From: Squalus acanthias
Taxonomy: Eukaryota
Assembly (NCBI GenBank): GCA_030390025.1
Contig: JASTWF010000171.1
Span: 310,001-374,000, forward strand
Direction: 5' to 3'
Length of the DNA: 64,000 nt
Under the pieces are notes generated by a model. That model did not search any database and had not been told where the DNA came from. It saw only the letters and a program-made list of their open reading frames with translations. Numbering within the stretch: the first letter of the stretch is position 1; each line of letters starts with the position of its first letter. This document shows positions 1-11,704 of this stretch, piece after piece. The position numbers and the translations under genes are program-made.

Positions 1-1036
1 CAGTCTAAAATTTAACCTTGGAGTCGTGGTTGCTATGGTGAAATCTTCCAAAGCAGTTTGATTTGATTTGTTTAAATGTGAAAAACTAATTTTTCTCCTG
101 TTATATTCAATGTTTTTACAGGATTTTGGAAAGGCATCTGAAGAAAGGACAATAAGAAATATGACGTAATTTAATGTTTTCTGCAGACATGTACTAGTTT
201 GTTTTGTTTTATCTGTTCTGTTCGTGTTTAGTTAAAGTGTGAAAACACAACTGTCTTTCGATCAGGAAAGTTTTTTTTAAATTTACGTGAAGTGACGCAA
301 TTGCGTGCGCCTGACAATGTTTCGCTCCACCTTCTTAAAAACCTGCAAAGGAGTTAACCCTTTCCACTGACAGCTGTTTAAGTTCATCAAGCAATAACTT
401 TAGAATTGCTGAATGAAATTTAAAGATATTGGACATTATTAAATTTAAGTTTCTTAATTCTAATTTAACATTTCCCAGAAGGAAAATTATGATTTGATAG
501 ATTAACCCCTTGGGCTTTAAGCAGAGTCACAATGGATTCTCTTCTTTCTTTTGTTATATGGAAGTTACCTTGTAAACTATTTGCAGCACTTCTGTCTCTA
601 ATGTTAAAACACTGTGTAAGCCACCTAGCCTGGAAATCACTTGTTTCTGAAATTGGAATTGATAAGATAAATTGATAGAAATGAAATTGAACATTGACTA
701 AACCTGTCAGTTCAACAGTACTGCTGTTTGGATTTCGGGATAATTTTGAAATGACAAAATGGACTCAGGCACTATATATTGGGTTACTTTTGAAAAAATA
801 AAAGATCCTCTAAAATAATGATAAATAAAAAAACGTCAATAACTTGGACCAAGTGAGAACGTTTGATCTATGTTTTCAATCTTAAAATACATATATCAAT
901 GATAGGGCTGTGTGTGATGTTAACCTTATACGTTGTGATTTGCATCTTCAAGTATGTCTGGAGACAGAGCCACAGACCAAGAAATGAACCAGATGTACAG
1001 CATTTTGAACTGATAGAACCGATAAGAGTGGAATAA

Positions 1037-1080
1037 TTCTAACTGGCTGGTGACGACCAGCCCCCTTTTTGTAATTACAG
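1037..1080 (+). promoter_or_regulatory. Candidate env splice acceptor
   Basis: Branch-point-like TTCTAAC near 1037, then CCCCCTTTTTGTAATTACAG ending at 1080, 18 nt upstream of the signal-peptide ATG. Confidence 0.55.
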
Positions 1081-1098
1081 GAACATTGGACGTCCAGA

Positions 1099-2977
1099 AT
1101 GAGGTGGAACGTTCTCGCCATGATCCTAGGGATGAACATAAGTATTGCCGTTGTCAAGGGGGTAGTGGTTAAGATGACCGCCAGGAAATCGGCACTAATC
1201 GCCAGAAGGGCGAATACTGGGCTATATCATAAAAGCTTGACGGACGTGGGCTGCGATCGAGAGCGCGGAGCGCTGACGGTCACTGTGGGGAAAACCATAT
1301 ATCTCAAATGTGGCGTGGGGGTACTAGAAGGGAGCACGAGGGGGATTAGTAATAAGGAAAACACAGGATGAGGTGTATTTTAAAGCAGCACATAGAATTA
1401 TTAAACTTGCTATCAATATGAGTACTTTTACTATGCCCGCGATGTGTAAGGATTATACCAAACGATTATGGGACTCCCTGTGGATGAAACAATTAGAGGG
1501 TCCACAAGGGAAATCTATCTTACAGAGACGTAAGAAATGGAGAGCATTGGAAATGGCCGGAGCAGGGTATGCGGCCGGGTTAGCAACAGTTAATAGTTTT
1601 GACATAGAAGGAGTAAGTGAAGGAGTAGAAGAACTACAAGCAAAAATAAAGAAGTTACTAAAACAAGCCACTGAAAATAGCCCACAAATGGCACTGGCAG
1701 TAGGACAAACGGCAAAACAATTGTTGGGGGTGGAAGAGATAGTAGCTCCCCATGCAAAAACAATTAAATATGATCAGATCAGCAATGCATCACACCAAAC
1801 CCATAAGGAATTGGCATGTGCCATGTATGGCTCATGGCTATTGTCGAATGCTCAGCATAACATGAAGCAAATAAATAATGGACAGATCCCTGATTGGATT
1901 ACTAATGAGGATCTGGAACCTTGGATTGACACAAATAAAAGCCTATGCAAAGGGCGTAAAATGGGACAAGTACACAGGGCAGGCAATTGTCTGACCCCAT
2001 GGACTAAGGTGATTGGCTTTGTACTGGCCATCCCACAACTCCCTGAAGGAGGACAGGCCCTATATGATGTGGGTAATATAGGAGAGGTACAAAGGGAGAG
2101 TTGGGTTAAATATCATGATGTCCCTACCAAGGCAATTTGGGAAAGGGATGAAGATAATCAGAAGAATGGAACCTTAAGGGGGGTGGTAATGGACGGGTGC
2201 CACCACAAGGGAAGGACATGGGTGTGCACACCCCCCCCCCCCCCCACCGAGGGAGACACAGCCGAGTGCGGATTTACGAAAACCACCAATTGCACCCTTG
2301 AGGTACACCCAAGGGGGATACGCCGAACAAGGGTAGCACCAGAGAACAACGGGACATTGTGTGTCACCACAGCTGAACAGAAATATGAATACCAAGACCT
2401 GACTTGTCCCATTCCCCAGCCAAACTTTTGTTTTTACCCAAAGATGCCTACACAGATAGGACACGAGTATATACACCCACCAAGACCACACGAAGAGAAA
2501 ACCTGGTCACTTAATAATACGGGACTTAATAGAATGATTAAAACATATGTCATACCGGAGCCCAAGGCAATTCCTAAGTTAAAGGAACAAGAAGCTTGGA
2601 AGAAATTACAGCGGGAAACGAAAGAAATTTTAAAGCATTATAATAGAATAGAAAAAGACTTAAAGCAACAAAGTAAAGACATTAGTAAAACCTTATCGGA
2701 AACCCCTTGGTGCAATAAGGTCTGGGACTGGGGACTCAATGTGAATGTACATCCATGGATCAGGATCATGTCACACGTGCTAGTGGTAGTTCAATTATCA
2801 CTATCAGTTTACCTTCTGATAGATTGTTGTAGCAAGTGTCGCGGACGAAAAATGAAAACCTTAGCGAAGAAAATAGCCAGAGGAGTAAGAAAGGAGGAAG
2901 AGAAAGAAAAACTGTTGCTAACCATCAATGAACTTGGGGGAGAACGTAAGGGGACTGTCTATGCAGCCTGTGTTTAG
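1099..2977 (+). CDS. env: Envelope/class I fusion glycoprotein, F-like (lokiretrovirus-type); about 625 aa once one frameshift in the G run at 1340-1344 is corrected
   Basis: ORF 1099-1371 starts with a signal peptide (MRWNVLAMILGMNISIAVVKG). Removing one G joins it to the 1373-2977 frame (..STRGLVIRKTQDEVYFK..). Then basic cleavage site RRKKWR, fusion peptide ALEMAGAGYAAGLATVNSFDIEGV, heptad repeat, Cys-rich region, second helix, TM segment (IMSHVLVVVQLSLSVYLLI) and a basic tail. Confidence 0.8.
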
Positions 2978-3110
2978 GATTGTCAGATTATGAGTACCAG
3001 ACACCCTGGGTTGGTACCACCAGGGCGACGGGAGCTTATATGAAACAATCTTAAGCTATAGAATACTGGCCTTATTGGGTCAATATGACCAATGGGCCAT
3101 AAAGGGGGAC

Positions 3111-3549
3111 TGAAGTAATTAAAATTTATAATTAATATCATTAAGTGTTAGACGTGAGCTTGTTAAGGAAAAAATTGTGAGCTTGTTAAGGAAAAATGTG
3201 CATTCAAAGTAACTTGAGCTCGTTACGAGAACAGGAACTGTTACCTTAAGAAAACATGTTACTAAACAAACCATCTGGTCCCAGAACCAACTGATAAAAG
3301 AAATGTGATTAATCGGGACGTTGATAGCTTCTCACCCGCCCCTAGGGCAAGGTATGATTTTTGTGTATAAGTATGAATGTCGCTAGGGTCTCAGGGAGTC
3401 GAATCTGAGAAGGGTCTCAGAAGGTTCTCCCCAAGCCCTCCCCGGGCCTGTGAAAATTAAATGATCGTTTTGAACCATCACTCGAAGTCTGTCATCTGTA
3501 CCCAACGAAGCATCGACCCTGTATATCACAGGGCCCGCTCCCACTTACA
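3111..3549 (+). repeat. 3' LTR (about 439 bp)
   Basis: Starts TG just after the PPT. Internal direct repeat GTGAGCTTGTTAAGGAAAAA x2 (~3153-3197), TATA-like GTATAAG (~3365), ATTAAA (~3456). Ends CTTACA where CR1 sequence begins. Confidence 0.7.
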
Positions 3550-4247
3550 TCAAATCACAAAAAGTTACCATGCAGGTACAGCAAGTAATTAGGAAGGCAA
3601 ATGGAGTGTTGGCATTTATTGCAAAGGGAATTGAGTATACAAGTAGGGAAGTCCTGTTACAACTGTACAGGGCATTGGTGAGATCACACCTGGAGTACTG
3701 CATACAGTTTTGGTCTCCTTATTTAAGGAAGGATATTACTTGCATTGGAGGCAGTTCAGAGAAGGTTCACGAGGTTGATTCCGGAGATGAAAGGGTTGTC
3801 TTATGAAGAAAGGTTGAACAGGTTATACAGGGCCTATACTCATTGGAGTTTAGAAGAATGAGAGGGGATCTTATTGAAACTTATAAGATACTGAAGAGGC
3901 TTGACAGGGTAGATGCAGAGAGAATGTTTCCCCTCGTGGGGGAATCTAGAATTAGGGGGCATAATTTCAGAATAAGTGGGCACCCATTTAAATCGGAAAT
4001 GAGGAGGAATTTCTTCTCTGAGGGTCGTGAATCTTTGGAATTCTCTTCCCCAGAGAGCTGTGGAGGCTGGGTCATTGAATATATTTAAGGTGGATAGACA
4101 GATTTTTGAATGGTAAGGGAGTCAAGGGTTATGGGGAGCGGGCAGGGAAGTGGAGTTGAGGCCAAGATCAGCCATGATCTTATTGAATGGCGGAGCAGGC
4201 TCGAGGGGCCAAATGACCTACTCCTGCTCCTACGTCTTATGTTCTTA
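3550..4247 (+). mobile_element. CR1 LINE 3' fragment (target of the LTR element)
   Basis: RT C-terminus (LYRALVRSHLEYCIQFWSPY, RRMRGDLIETYKI) and typical CR1 3' end ...CTCCTACGTCTTATGTTCTTA. Confidence 0.9.
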
Positions 4248-4470
4248 TCTAAAACCATGTTGACTCTGTCTAATCATATTATGAGTTTCTAAGTGCCCTG
4301 TTACCACTTCCTTAATAATGGATTCCAGCATTTTCCCGATGACTGATGTCAGGCTAACTGGCCTGCAGTTCCCTGTTTCCTCTCTCCCTTCTTTCTTGAA
4401 TAGCGGGGTTACATTTGCTACCTTCCAATCCGCCGAGACTGATGTAGAATATAGGGAATTTTGAAAGATA
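4248..4470 (-). mobile_element. CR1 LINE internal fragment
   Basis: Reverse complement encodes the NxRPVSLTSVIGKMLESII region of CR1 RT. Confidence 0.75.
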
Positions 4471-4499
4471 ATTTATTTGGAGGATGTGAGTGGAATTTT

Positions 4500-5480
4500 G
4501 AAAGATCTTTTATTTGGAGGGAGTGAGTGTAGTCAAAGGAGAAGCTGTTCAATGTTAGAACAAGTTCAGCCAGGTGGAGGAGGATGCTGTTGGATGTGGA
4601 CTGATTCGGCCACCGTTCAAGGAATAAGCGGAGGACCCTCAAACCGTCCTGGTGGGGGATGAAGGTGTAGAGGGACTGGACATCCATGGTGAAAAGAAGA
4701 GAGTTAGGGCCAGGAAACTGGAAACTGTTAAAGTGGTGGAGGGTGTCAGAAGAGTCGCGGATGTAGGTGGGAAGAAAGTGGACAAGGGGAGAAGAAATAG
4801 AGTCCTGATAGGAAGAAATCTGTTCCGTGGGGCAAGAACAGGCTGAAACGATGGGTCTACCAGGGCAGTCCTGTTTGTGGATCTTGGGAAGGAGGTAGAA
4901 GCAAGCTGTGCGGGGTTGGGGACTGTGAGGTTGGAGGCCATGGAGGGAAGATTTCCAGAGGAGATGAGGTTAGTGACAGACTGGGAAACAATGACGCTCA
5001 GCCTCCACAAGGTAGAGGCCAGTTCGTCAAACAACATCAGCGCCACCCTTGTCAGCAGGTTTAATGACTGTAAGGGTTGGACCTGAGGGAACGGAGTGTT
5101 GCAAGTTCAGAGGGAGGTAGGTTCGAGTAGATTTGTGAGTAGTGTATTAAAATTGAGACAGCCGATGTCACGCCGGCAGTTCCCAGTGAAAGATCTAGAG
5201 AGGGTAAGAGGGCAGAGGGAGGGGTCCAGGTGGAACGAAAATTCTGAAGCTGAGAGATAGTTTCTGCTGTGTGGAGGAAGTCTCCTGGCCAAAGAAGTAG
5301 GGGCGAAGGCGATGGAAAAAGAGCTCAGCATCGTGCTGAGCTCGAAATTCATTGAGGTGGGAGCATAAGGGGAGGAAGCTGAGGCCTTTGCTGTGAACTG
5401 ATTGTTCGGGATCAGAAAAGTGAATGTCAGAGGTGACATAGTGTTGGACATCCTGGAGAGATGTATGTTGGACACCTTGG
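4500..5480 (-). mobile_element. Degenerate Penelope-like element (RT region)
   Basis: MDVQSLYTFIPHQDGL and LAELVLTLNSFSF motifs of PLE RT; frameshifted. Confidence 0.8.
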
Positions 5481-6240
5481 GGAGTTATGGGTTAACAGTC
5501 AATCTTCTTTGTATCTTGGATTAACAGGCTTCCAGACTTTCCAAGATATAAGCAGGATGACTGTGAAGTCAAAGAATGCATTGCTTGTTTTTTGAGATGT
5601 AAAGTGCTTGTGTAAGGGTATAAGTGCAGGTTATAAAATGTAAACTTTAGTTTTAGGGTAATAAAACAGGGGTAGCAATCCATTAGATACAGAGAGCAGT
5701 TGGTACAGCTTTTACTTCAAAGATGCGAACAGATGTTAAGTCAGGAAGTCTCGTGTCGGGGAAGTGGTTCTGAGGTTGACAATTGCAAACTGTTAATATA
5801 GGTAGTCTGATTTCAAAGTATTTGGGAAATAGATAAATCATACAGCCTTATCCACGGCATTATCCTTTAATGTCAAAATATGGGCACGTAATTTCCGATA
5901 GGAGGCTTCCTGCGTGCGGATGCCTACTATCGGAAAAAAATCTACGCCCTTACCTGAGGGCTCCCGAGATCCGGACACTTCCGATGCTGGGCCTCTCCAC
6001 AGTTGAAATGCACAGGGCCCACGTATCCCAGGGGCGCAGGCAGTTCACAAGCGTCCCTGGGATCACGTGGGACAGGCCAGCCAATAGGAGAAGAGAATCT
6101 CCCTTCATACTTTTGACAGATAGACCCGGCAAAAGTATGAATGGCTATCACCCCAAAAAGACACGAAAACATTAAATACATTTTTAAAAACCCATCACGT
6201 TTTTAAAATGAGTTAAAATTACATTAAATTAAATATTAAA

Positions 6241-9200
6241 GAGTAAAAGAACTAGGAAGGTAGTGCAGGAGTCCCCTGGGTCCATCTCCCTCTCCAACAG
6301 ATTTTCCGTTTTGGATACTGCTGGGGGAGATGGTTTCTCAGGGGAATGCAGCAAGAGCCAAGTCCTTGGCACTATCAGTGGCTCAGCTGCAGAGGAGGGG
6401 AGGAAAAAGAGTGAGAGAGCAATAGTGATGCGGATTCTATCGTAAGCGGAACAGATAGACGTTTCTGTGGCCGCAGACGTGACTCCAGGATGGTATGTTG
6501 CCTCCCTGGTGCCAGGGTCAAGGATGTCACTGAGCAGCTGCAGGACATTCTGAAGGGGGAGGGTGAACAGCCAGAGGTCGTGGTCCATATCGGTACCAAC
6601 GACATAGGTAGAAAGAGGGATGAGGTCCTGCAAGCAGAATATAGGGAGCTAGGAAATAAATTAAAAAGCAGGACCTCAAAGGTAGTAATCTCAGGATTAC
6701 TCCCAGTGCCACGTGCTAGCGAGAGCAGAAATAGGAGAATAGACCAGATGAATGTGTGGCTAGAGAGATGGTGTAGGAGGGAGGGATTTAAATTCCTGAG
6801 GCATTGGGATCGATTCTGGGGAAGGTGGGACCTGTACATGCTGGACGGGTAACACCTCGGCAGAACCGGGACCAATATCCTCGCAGGGGTGGGAAGGATT
6901 TAAACTAGTTTGTCAGGGGGCTGGGAACCTAAGTGTGGGCCCAGAACAGAGAGAAACAAAGCTGGAAGAGCAAGTTAGAAAAGTAGTCAGCAAAACTAGT
7001 AGGGAGCAGAAACAAAGGCCAACAGTAAAGAGGGTCAAAGTGCAGAAAAATATTAAACTGGCAAAGTTGAAGGCACTTTATCTAAATGCACGTAGCATTC
7101 ACAACAAGGTGGATGAATTAATGGCACGAATAGAAGTAAATGGATATGATGTAATTGCCATTACAGAGACATGGTTGCAGGGTAACCAAAGCTGGGAACG
7201 GAATATTCCAGGGTACTCAACATTTAGGAAGGACAGACAAAAAGGAAAAGGTGGCGTAGTGCTGTTAATAAGGGATGAGATCGGTACGGTAGAGATAAAA
7301 GCTCTTGGCTTGGCAGATCGTGATGTAGAACTGGAATCAGTTTGGGTGGAGCTAAGAAACAGCAAAGGGCAGAAAACATTGGTGGGAGTTGTGTATAGGC
7401 CACCAAACAGTAATGGTAATGTAGGGCACAGTATCAATCAAGAGATTAGAAGTGCATGTAACAAGGGCAATATGGTAATCATGGGGGACTTTAATCTACA
7501 TATTGACTGGGCAAATCAAATTACCACTAATGGTGTGGAGGACGAATTCTTGGAATGCATGCGAGATGGTTTCCTGGATCAGTATGTGGAGGAACCAACC
7601 AGGGAACAGGCTATTCTGGATCTGGTACTGTGTAATGAGAAAGGGCTAATCAATAATCTTGTGGTAAAGGGGCCTTTAGGGACAAGTGACCATAATATGA
7701 TTGAATTTTATATTAAGTTTGAGAGTGATGTAGTCCAGTCTGAAACTAAGGTCTTCAATCTAAACAGAGGAAACTACAAGAGTATGAGGGACAAGTTGGC
7801 CATGGTAGATTGGGAGATTACACTAAAAGGTATGAAGGTGGACATACAATGGCTAACATTCAAGGAAATAATGCATAATTTGCAACAAACATATATTCCT
7901 CTAGGGCATAAAAACCCAAAAGGAAAAGTGATCCAACCCTGGCTAACAAAAGAAATTAAAGCTAGTATTAAGTCAAAGGAGGAAGCTTATAAAGTTGCCA
8001 GAAAAAACGGTCAGCCTGAGGATTGGGATCGTTTTAGAAATCAGCAAAGGGGGACCAAGAAATTGATAAAGAAAGGGAAAATGGAATATGAGCACAAACT
8101 AGCAAAAAATATAAAAACGGATTGTAAAAACTTCTATAGGTATGTGAAAAGGAAAAGACTGGCGAAGGTAAATGTAGATCCTTTACAGTCAGAGGCGGGA
8201 TAATTTATAATGGGGAATGAGGAAATGGCAGAGAAATTAAATAAGTACTTTGTTTCTGTCTTCACGGAGGAAGACACAAAAAACCTCCCAGAAATACGAG
8301 AAAACCAAGGGTGTGGCGAGAATGGGGAACTTAAAGAAATTATTATTAGTAAAAAAACAGTACTAGCAAAATTAATGGGACTAAAAGTCGATAAATCTCA
8401 AGGACCGGATGACCTACATCCTAGGGTTTTGAATGAGGTGGCCATTGGGATAGTGGACACATTGATTGTCAGCTTCCAAAATTCTCTAGATTCTGGAACG
8501 GTTCCTGCAGATTGGAGGATAGCAAATGTAACCCCGCTGTTTAAGAAAGGAGGGAGAGAGAAAATGGGGAACTACAGACCTGTTAGCCTGACATCAATAG
8601 TTGGGAAAATGCTGGAATCTATTATAAAGGATGCAATAACTGGGCACTTAGAAACTAATAGTAAGATTGGGCAGAGTCAACATGGATTTATGAAAGGGAA
8701 GTCCTGTTTGACAAATCTATTGGAGTTCTTTGAGGATGTAACTAGTGGAGTAGACAAAGGGGAACCGGTAGATGTGGTGTATTTGGATTTTCAGAAGGCC
8801 TTCGATAAGATCCCACACAAGAGGTTGGTGAACAAAATTAGGGCACATGGAAGTGGGGGTAATATACTAGCATGGATTGAGAATTGGTTAACAGACAGAA
8901 AACAAAGAGTAGGGATAAACGGGTCTTTTTCAGGATGGCAGGCTGTGACTAGTGGGGTACCGCAAGGATCGGTGCTTGGGCCCCACCTATTCACAATCTA
9001 TATCAATGATTTGGATGAGGGGACTAAATGTAACATTTCCAAATTTGCTGATGACACAAAACTAGGTGGCAGTGTCAGTTGCGAAGAGGATGTGAAGAGG
9101 CTTCAAGGGGATCTCGATAGGCTCAGTGAGTGGGCGAGAACATGGCAGATGGATTATAATGTGGATAAATGTGAAGTTATCCACTTTGGTAGAAAAAACA

Positions 9201-9971
9201 GAAAGGCAGAGTATTTCCTAAATGGTGAAAGATTGGGGAATGCAGATGCTCAAAGGGTCCTGGGTGTCCTTGTACATGAGTCACTGAAAGTGAATGTGCA
9301 GGTGCAGCAAGCCATTAGGAAGGCAAATGGTATGCTGGCCTTCATTACAAGAGGATTTGAGTACAGGAGTAAAGAAGTCTTACTCCAATTATATAGGGCC
9401 TTGGTGAGACCACGCCTGGAGTACTGTGTACAATTTTGGTCTCCTTACCTAAGGAACGTTATACTTGTCATAGAGGGAGTGCAACAAAGGTTCACGAGAT
9501 TGATTCCTGGGATGGCAGGACTGTCGTATGAGAAGAGATTGAGTAAACTAGGCCTGTATTCTCTTGAATTCAGAAGAATGAGAGGGGATCTCATTGAAGC
9601 ATACAACATTATTACAGGGCTTGATAGGGTGGATGCTGGGAGAATGTTTCCCTTGGCTGGGGAGTCTAGAACCAGGGGCCACAACCTCAGGATAAAGGGT
9701 AGGCCATTCAGGACTGAGATGAGAAGAAATTTCTTCACACAGAGGGTGGTGAATCTTTGGAATTCTCTACCCCAGAGGGATATGGAGGCTCAGTCATTGG
9801 GTATATTCAAAACAGAAGTCGATAGATTTCTGAATAGTAAGGGCATCAAGGGATATGGTGATATGCCGGTGAATGGAGTTGAGGCAGAAGATCAGCCATG
9901 ATCTCATTGAATGGCGGAGCAGGCTCGAAGGGCCGAATGGCCTACTGCTGCTCCTATTTCTTATGTTCTTA
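6241..9971 (+). mobile_element. CR1 LINE, 5'-truncated, with ORF1 esterase and near-intact ORF2
   Basis: ORF1 SGNH esterase (VVVHIGTNDIG). ORF2 APE endonuclease (YLNARSI, TETWL, GDFN, SDH) and RT (PQGSVLGP, FADD). CR1 tail ends at 9971. Confidence 0.95.
6935..9901 (+). pseudogene. CR1 ORF2 (endonuclease plus reverse transcriptase) with one in-frame stop at 8201-8203
   Basis: ORFs 6935-8203 and 8210-9901 are in the same frame, separated by a single TAA. Confidence 0.9.
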
Positions 9972-10304
9972 TTTTACGGGGCTAAAAATAAAGTTACCTT
10001 TTTTAAAAGTATTTTTAAATTATAAAGGAGTGAAAACATTTTAACTTTTTTCACTCTTATGCTGGTAAAAGCTTTTACCAGGTGTAAGATTTCTAAGGGT
10101 TTTCAGCGGGCGGAGGTTCTGCAGAAAGCAGAACTCTCCCCCCACAGAGGCCCTTCTCCAGATCATTCTTGACAGATTGGAAATGCCGGTTTTCAGCGCA
10201 TGTGCTGTGCATGCCTGAAACCGGCATTTCCGATGTCTCTACGGGTGAGTACACAGCGCGTACACACCCGTAGGCGTCGGAAAATACGGGCCATTATGTA
10301 TAAA

Positions 10305-11248
10305 GGAGCATGGGGAAAACTCTCCACTGGCTGGAATCATACCTAGCACAAAGGAAGATGGTTGTGGTGGATGGAGGTCAATCATCACAGCCCCAGGACA
10401 TCGCTGTAGGTGTTCCTCAGGGCAATGTCCTCAGCCCAACCATCTTCAGCTGCTTCATCAAAGACCTTCCCTCCATCATAAGGCAGAAGTCGGAATGTTC
10501 GCTGATGACTGCAGAGTGTTCAGTGCCATTCGCAACTCCTCAGATAATGAAGCAGTCCATGCCCGCATGCAGCAAGACCTGGACGCCATTCAGGCTTGGG
10601 CTGATAAGTGGCAGGTAACATTCGCGCCAAACAGGTGCCAGGCAATGACTATCTCCAACAAGCGAGTGCCTAACCACTGCCCCTTGACATTCACCGGTAT
10701 TACCATCCCCCACCATAAATATCCTGGGGGTCACCATTGACCAGAAACTTAACTGGACCAGCCACATAAATACTGTGGCAACAAAAGCAGGTCAGAGGCT
10801 GGGCATTCTGCGGCGAGTGTCTCACCTCCTGACTCCCCAAAGCCTTTCCACCATCTACAAGGCACAAGTAAGGAGTGTGATGGAATACTCTCCACTTGCC
10901 TGGAGGAGTGCAACTCCAACAACACTCAAGAAGGTCGACACCATCCAAGACAAAGCAGCCCACTGGATTGGCACCCCATCCACCACCTTAAACATTCACT
11001 CCCTCCACCACCGGCACACCATGGCTGCAGTGTGTACCATCTACAAGATGCACTGCAGCAACTCGCCAAGGCTTCTTCGGCAGCACCTCCCAAACCTGCG
11101 ACCTCTTCCACCTAGAAGGACAAGGACAGCAGGCGAATGGGAACACCACCACCTCCAAGTTCCCAGCCAAGTCACACACCATCCTGACTCGGAAACATAT
11201 CGCCGATCCTTCATCATTGCTGGGTCAAAATCCTGGAACTCCCTCCAG
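10305..11248 (+). mobile_element. CR1/L2-group LINE RT fragment (second family)
   Basis: GVPQGNVLSP, FADD, IYKAQVRSVMEY motifs with frameshifts; same family as 36930-37390. Confidence 0.85.
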
Positions 11249-11700
11249 GAGGCAGGTTGGTCATTTCAATATTTTAACCTGCTTTATAGGTTTAACAACG
11301 GCCGCCCATGTTTCCCAGGCCTGGGGAAACCCGGCAGTTGAAGGGGGGCGAGGTCAGCTTCGGGGAGGAGGTAAGTGCCTTTCCAGCGCTGCTTGTGGGC
11401 CTGAAGGAGCAGGAGTGTTTCCCCCCCGGCCCCCCCAGGCTTACCCTCTTGCTTTGGTTCGCACCCTCCCCACATCAGACCCCGCCCGATACAAAGACCC
11501 CCGGGATCGACCCCCCCCGGGGTCGGGGACTGGATCTACCTACTCCTGCTGCCTGCTCCGAAGTGCTCCCACTCGCGGGGACACTGGCAAAGAAAAGAGT
11601 CGCACGGTATGAAGTCAAAACTGCACAGCATGAAGTTCCGGGTTTCCCGACCGAAACTCCGCTCCCACCTACGCAACCCGCCCTGTCAAGATCGGGGCCA
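11249..11700. mobile_element. Probable partial MITE ending in a GGGCC-type terminus
   Basis: GC-rich arm ending AAGATCGGGGCC|ATTATA, similar to the right end of the 5882-10293 element; no left TIR found. Confidence 0.4.
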
Positions 11701-11704
11701 TTAT

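Larger units (their letters stand above)
1..3549 (+). mobile_element. 3' portion of an endogenous LTR retrovirus-like element (env, PPT, 3' LTR); 5' part lies outside the window
   Basis: Env-like ORF followed by polypurine tract AAAGGGGGA (3101-3109) and a TG...CA LTR. CR1 sequence resumes immediately after 3549. No pol ORF is visible in 1-1098. Confidence 0.8.
5882..10293. mobile_element. Harbinger-like MITE, split by a CR1 insertion (arms 5882-6240 and 9972-10293)
   Basis: Imperfect TIRs GGGCACGTAATTTCCGA / TCGGAAAATACGGGCC. AT-rich centre resembles that of the uninterrupted element at 46772-47537. Confidence 0.7.

Noticed and set aside
354-512. TTAACCC(T) motifs resembling piggyBac ends
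   Set aside because: Both in the same orientation with no matching inverted terminus
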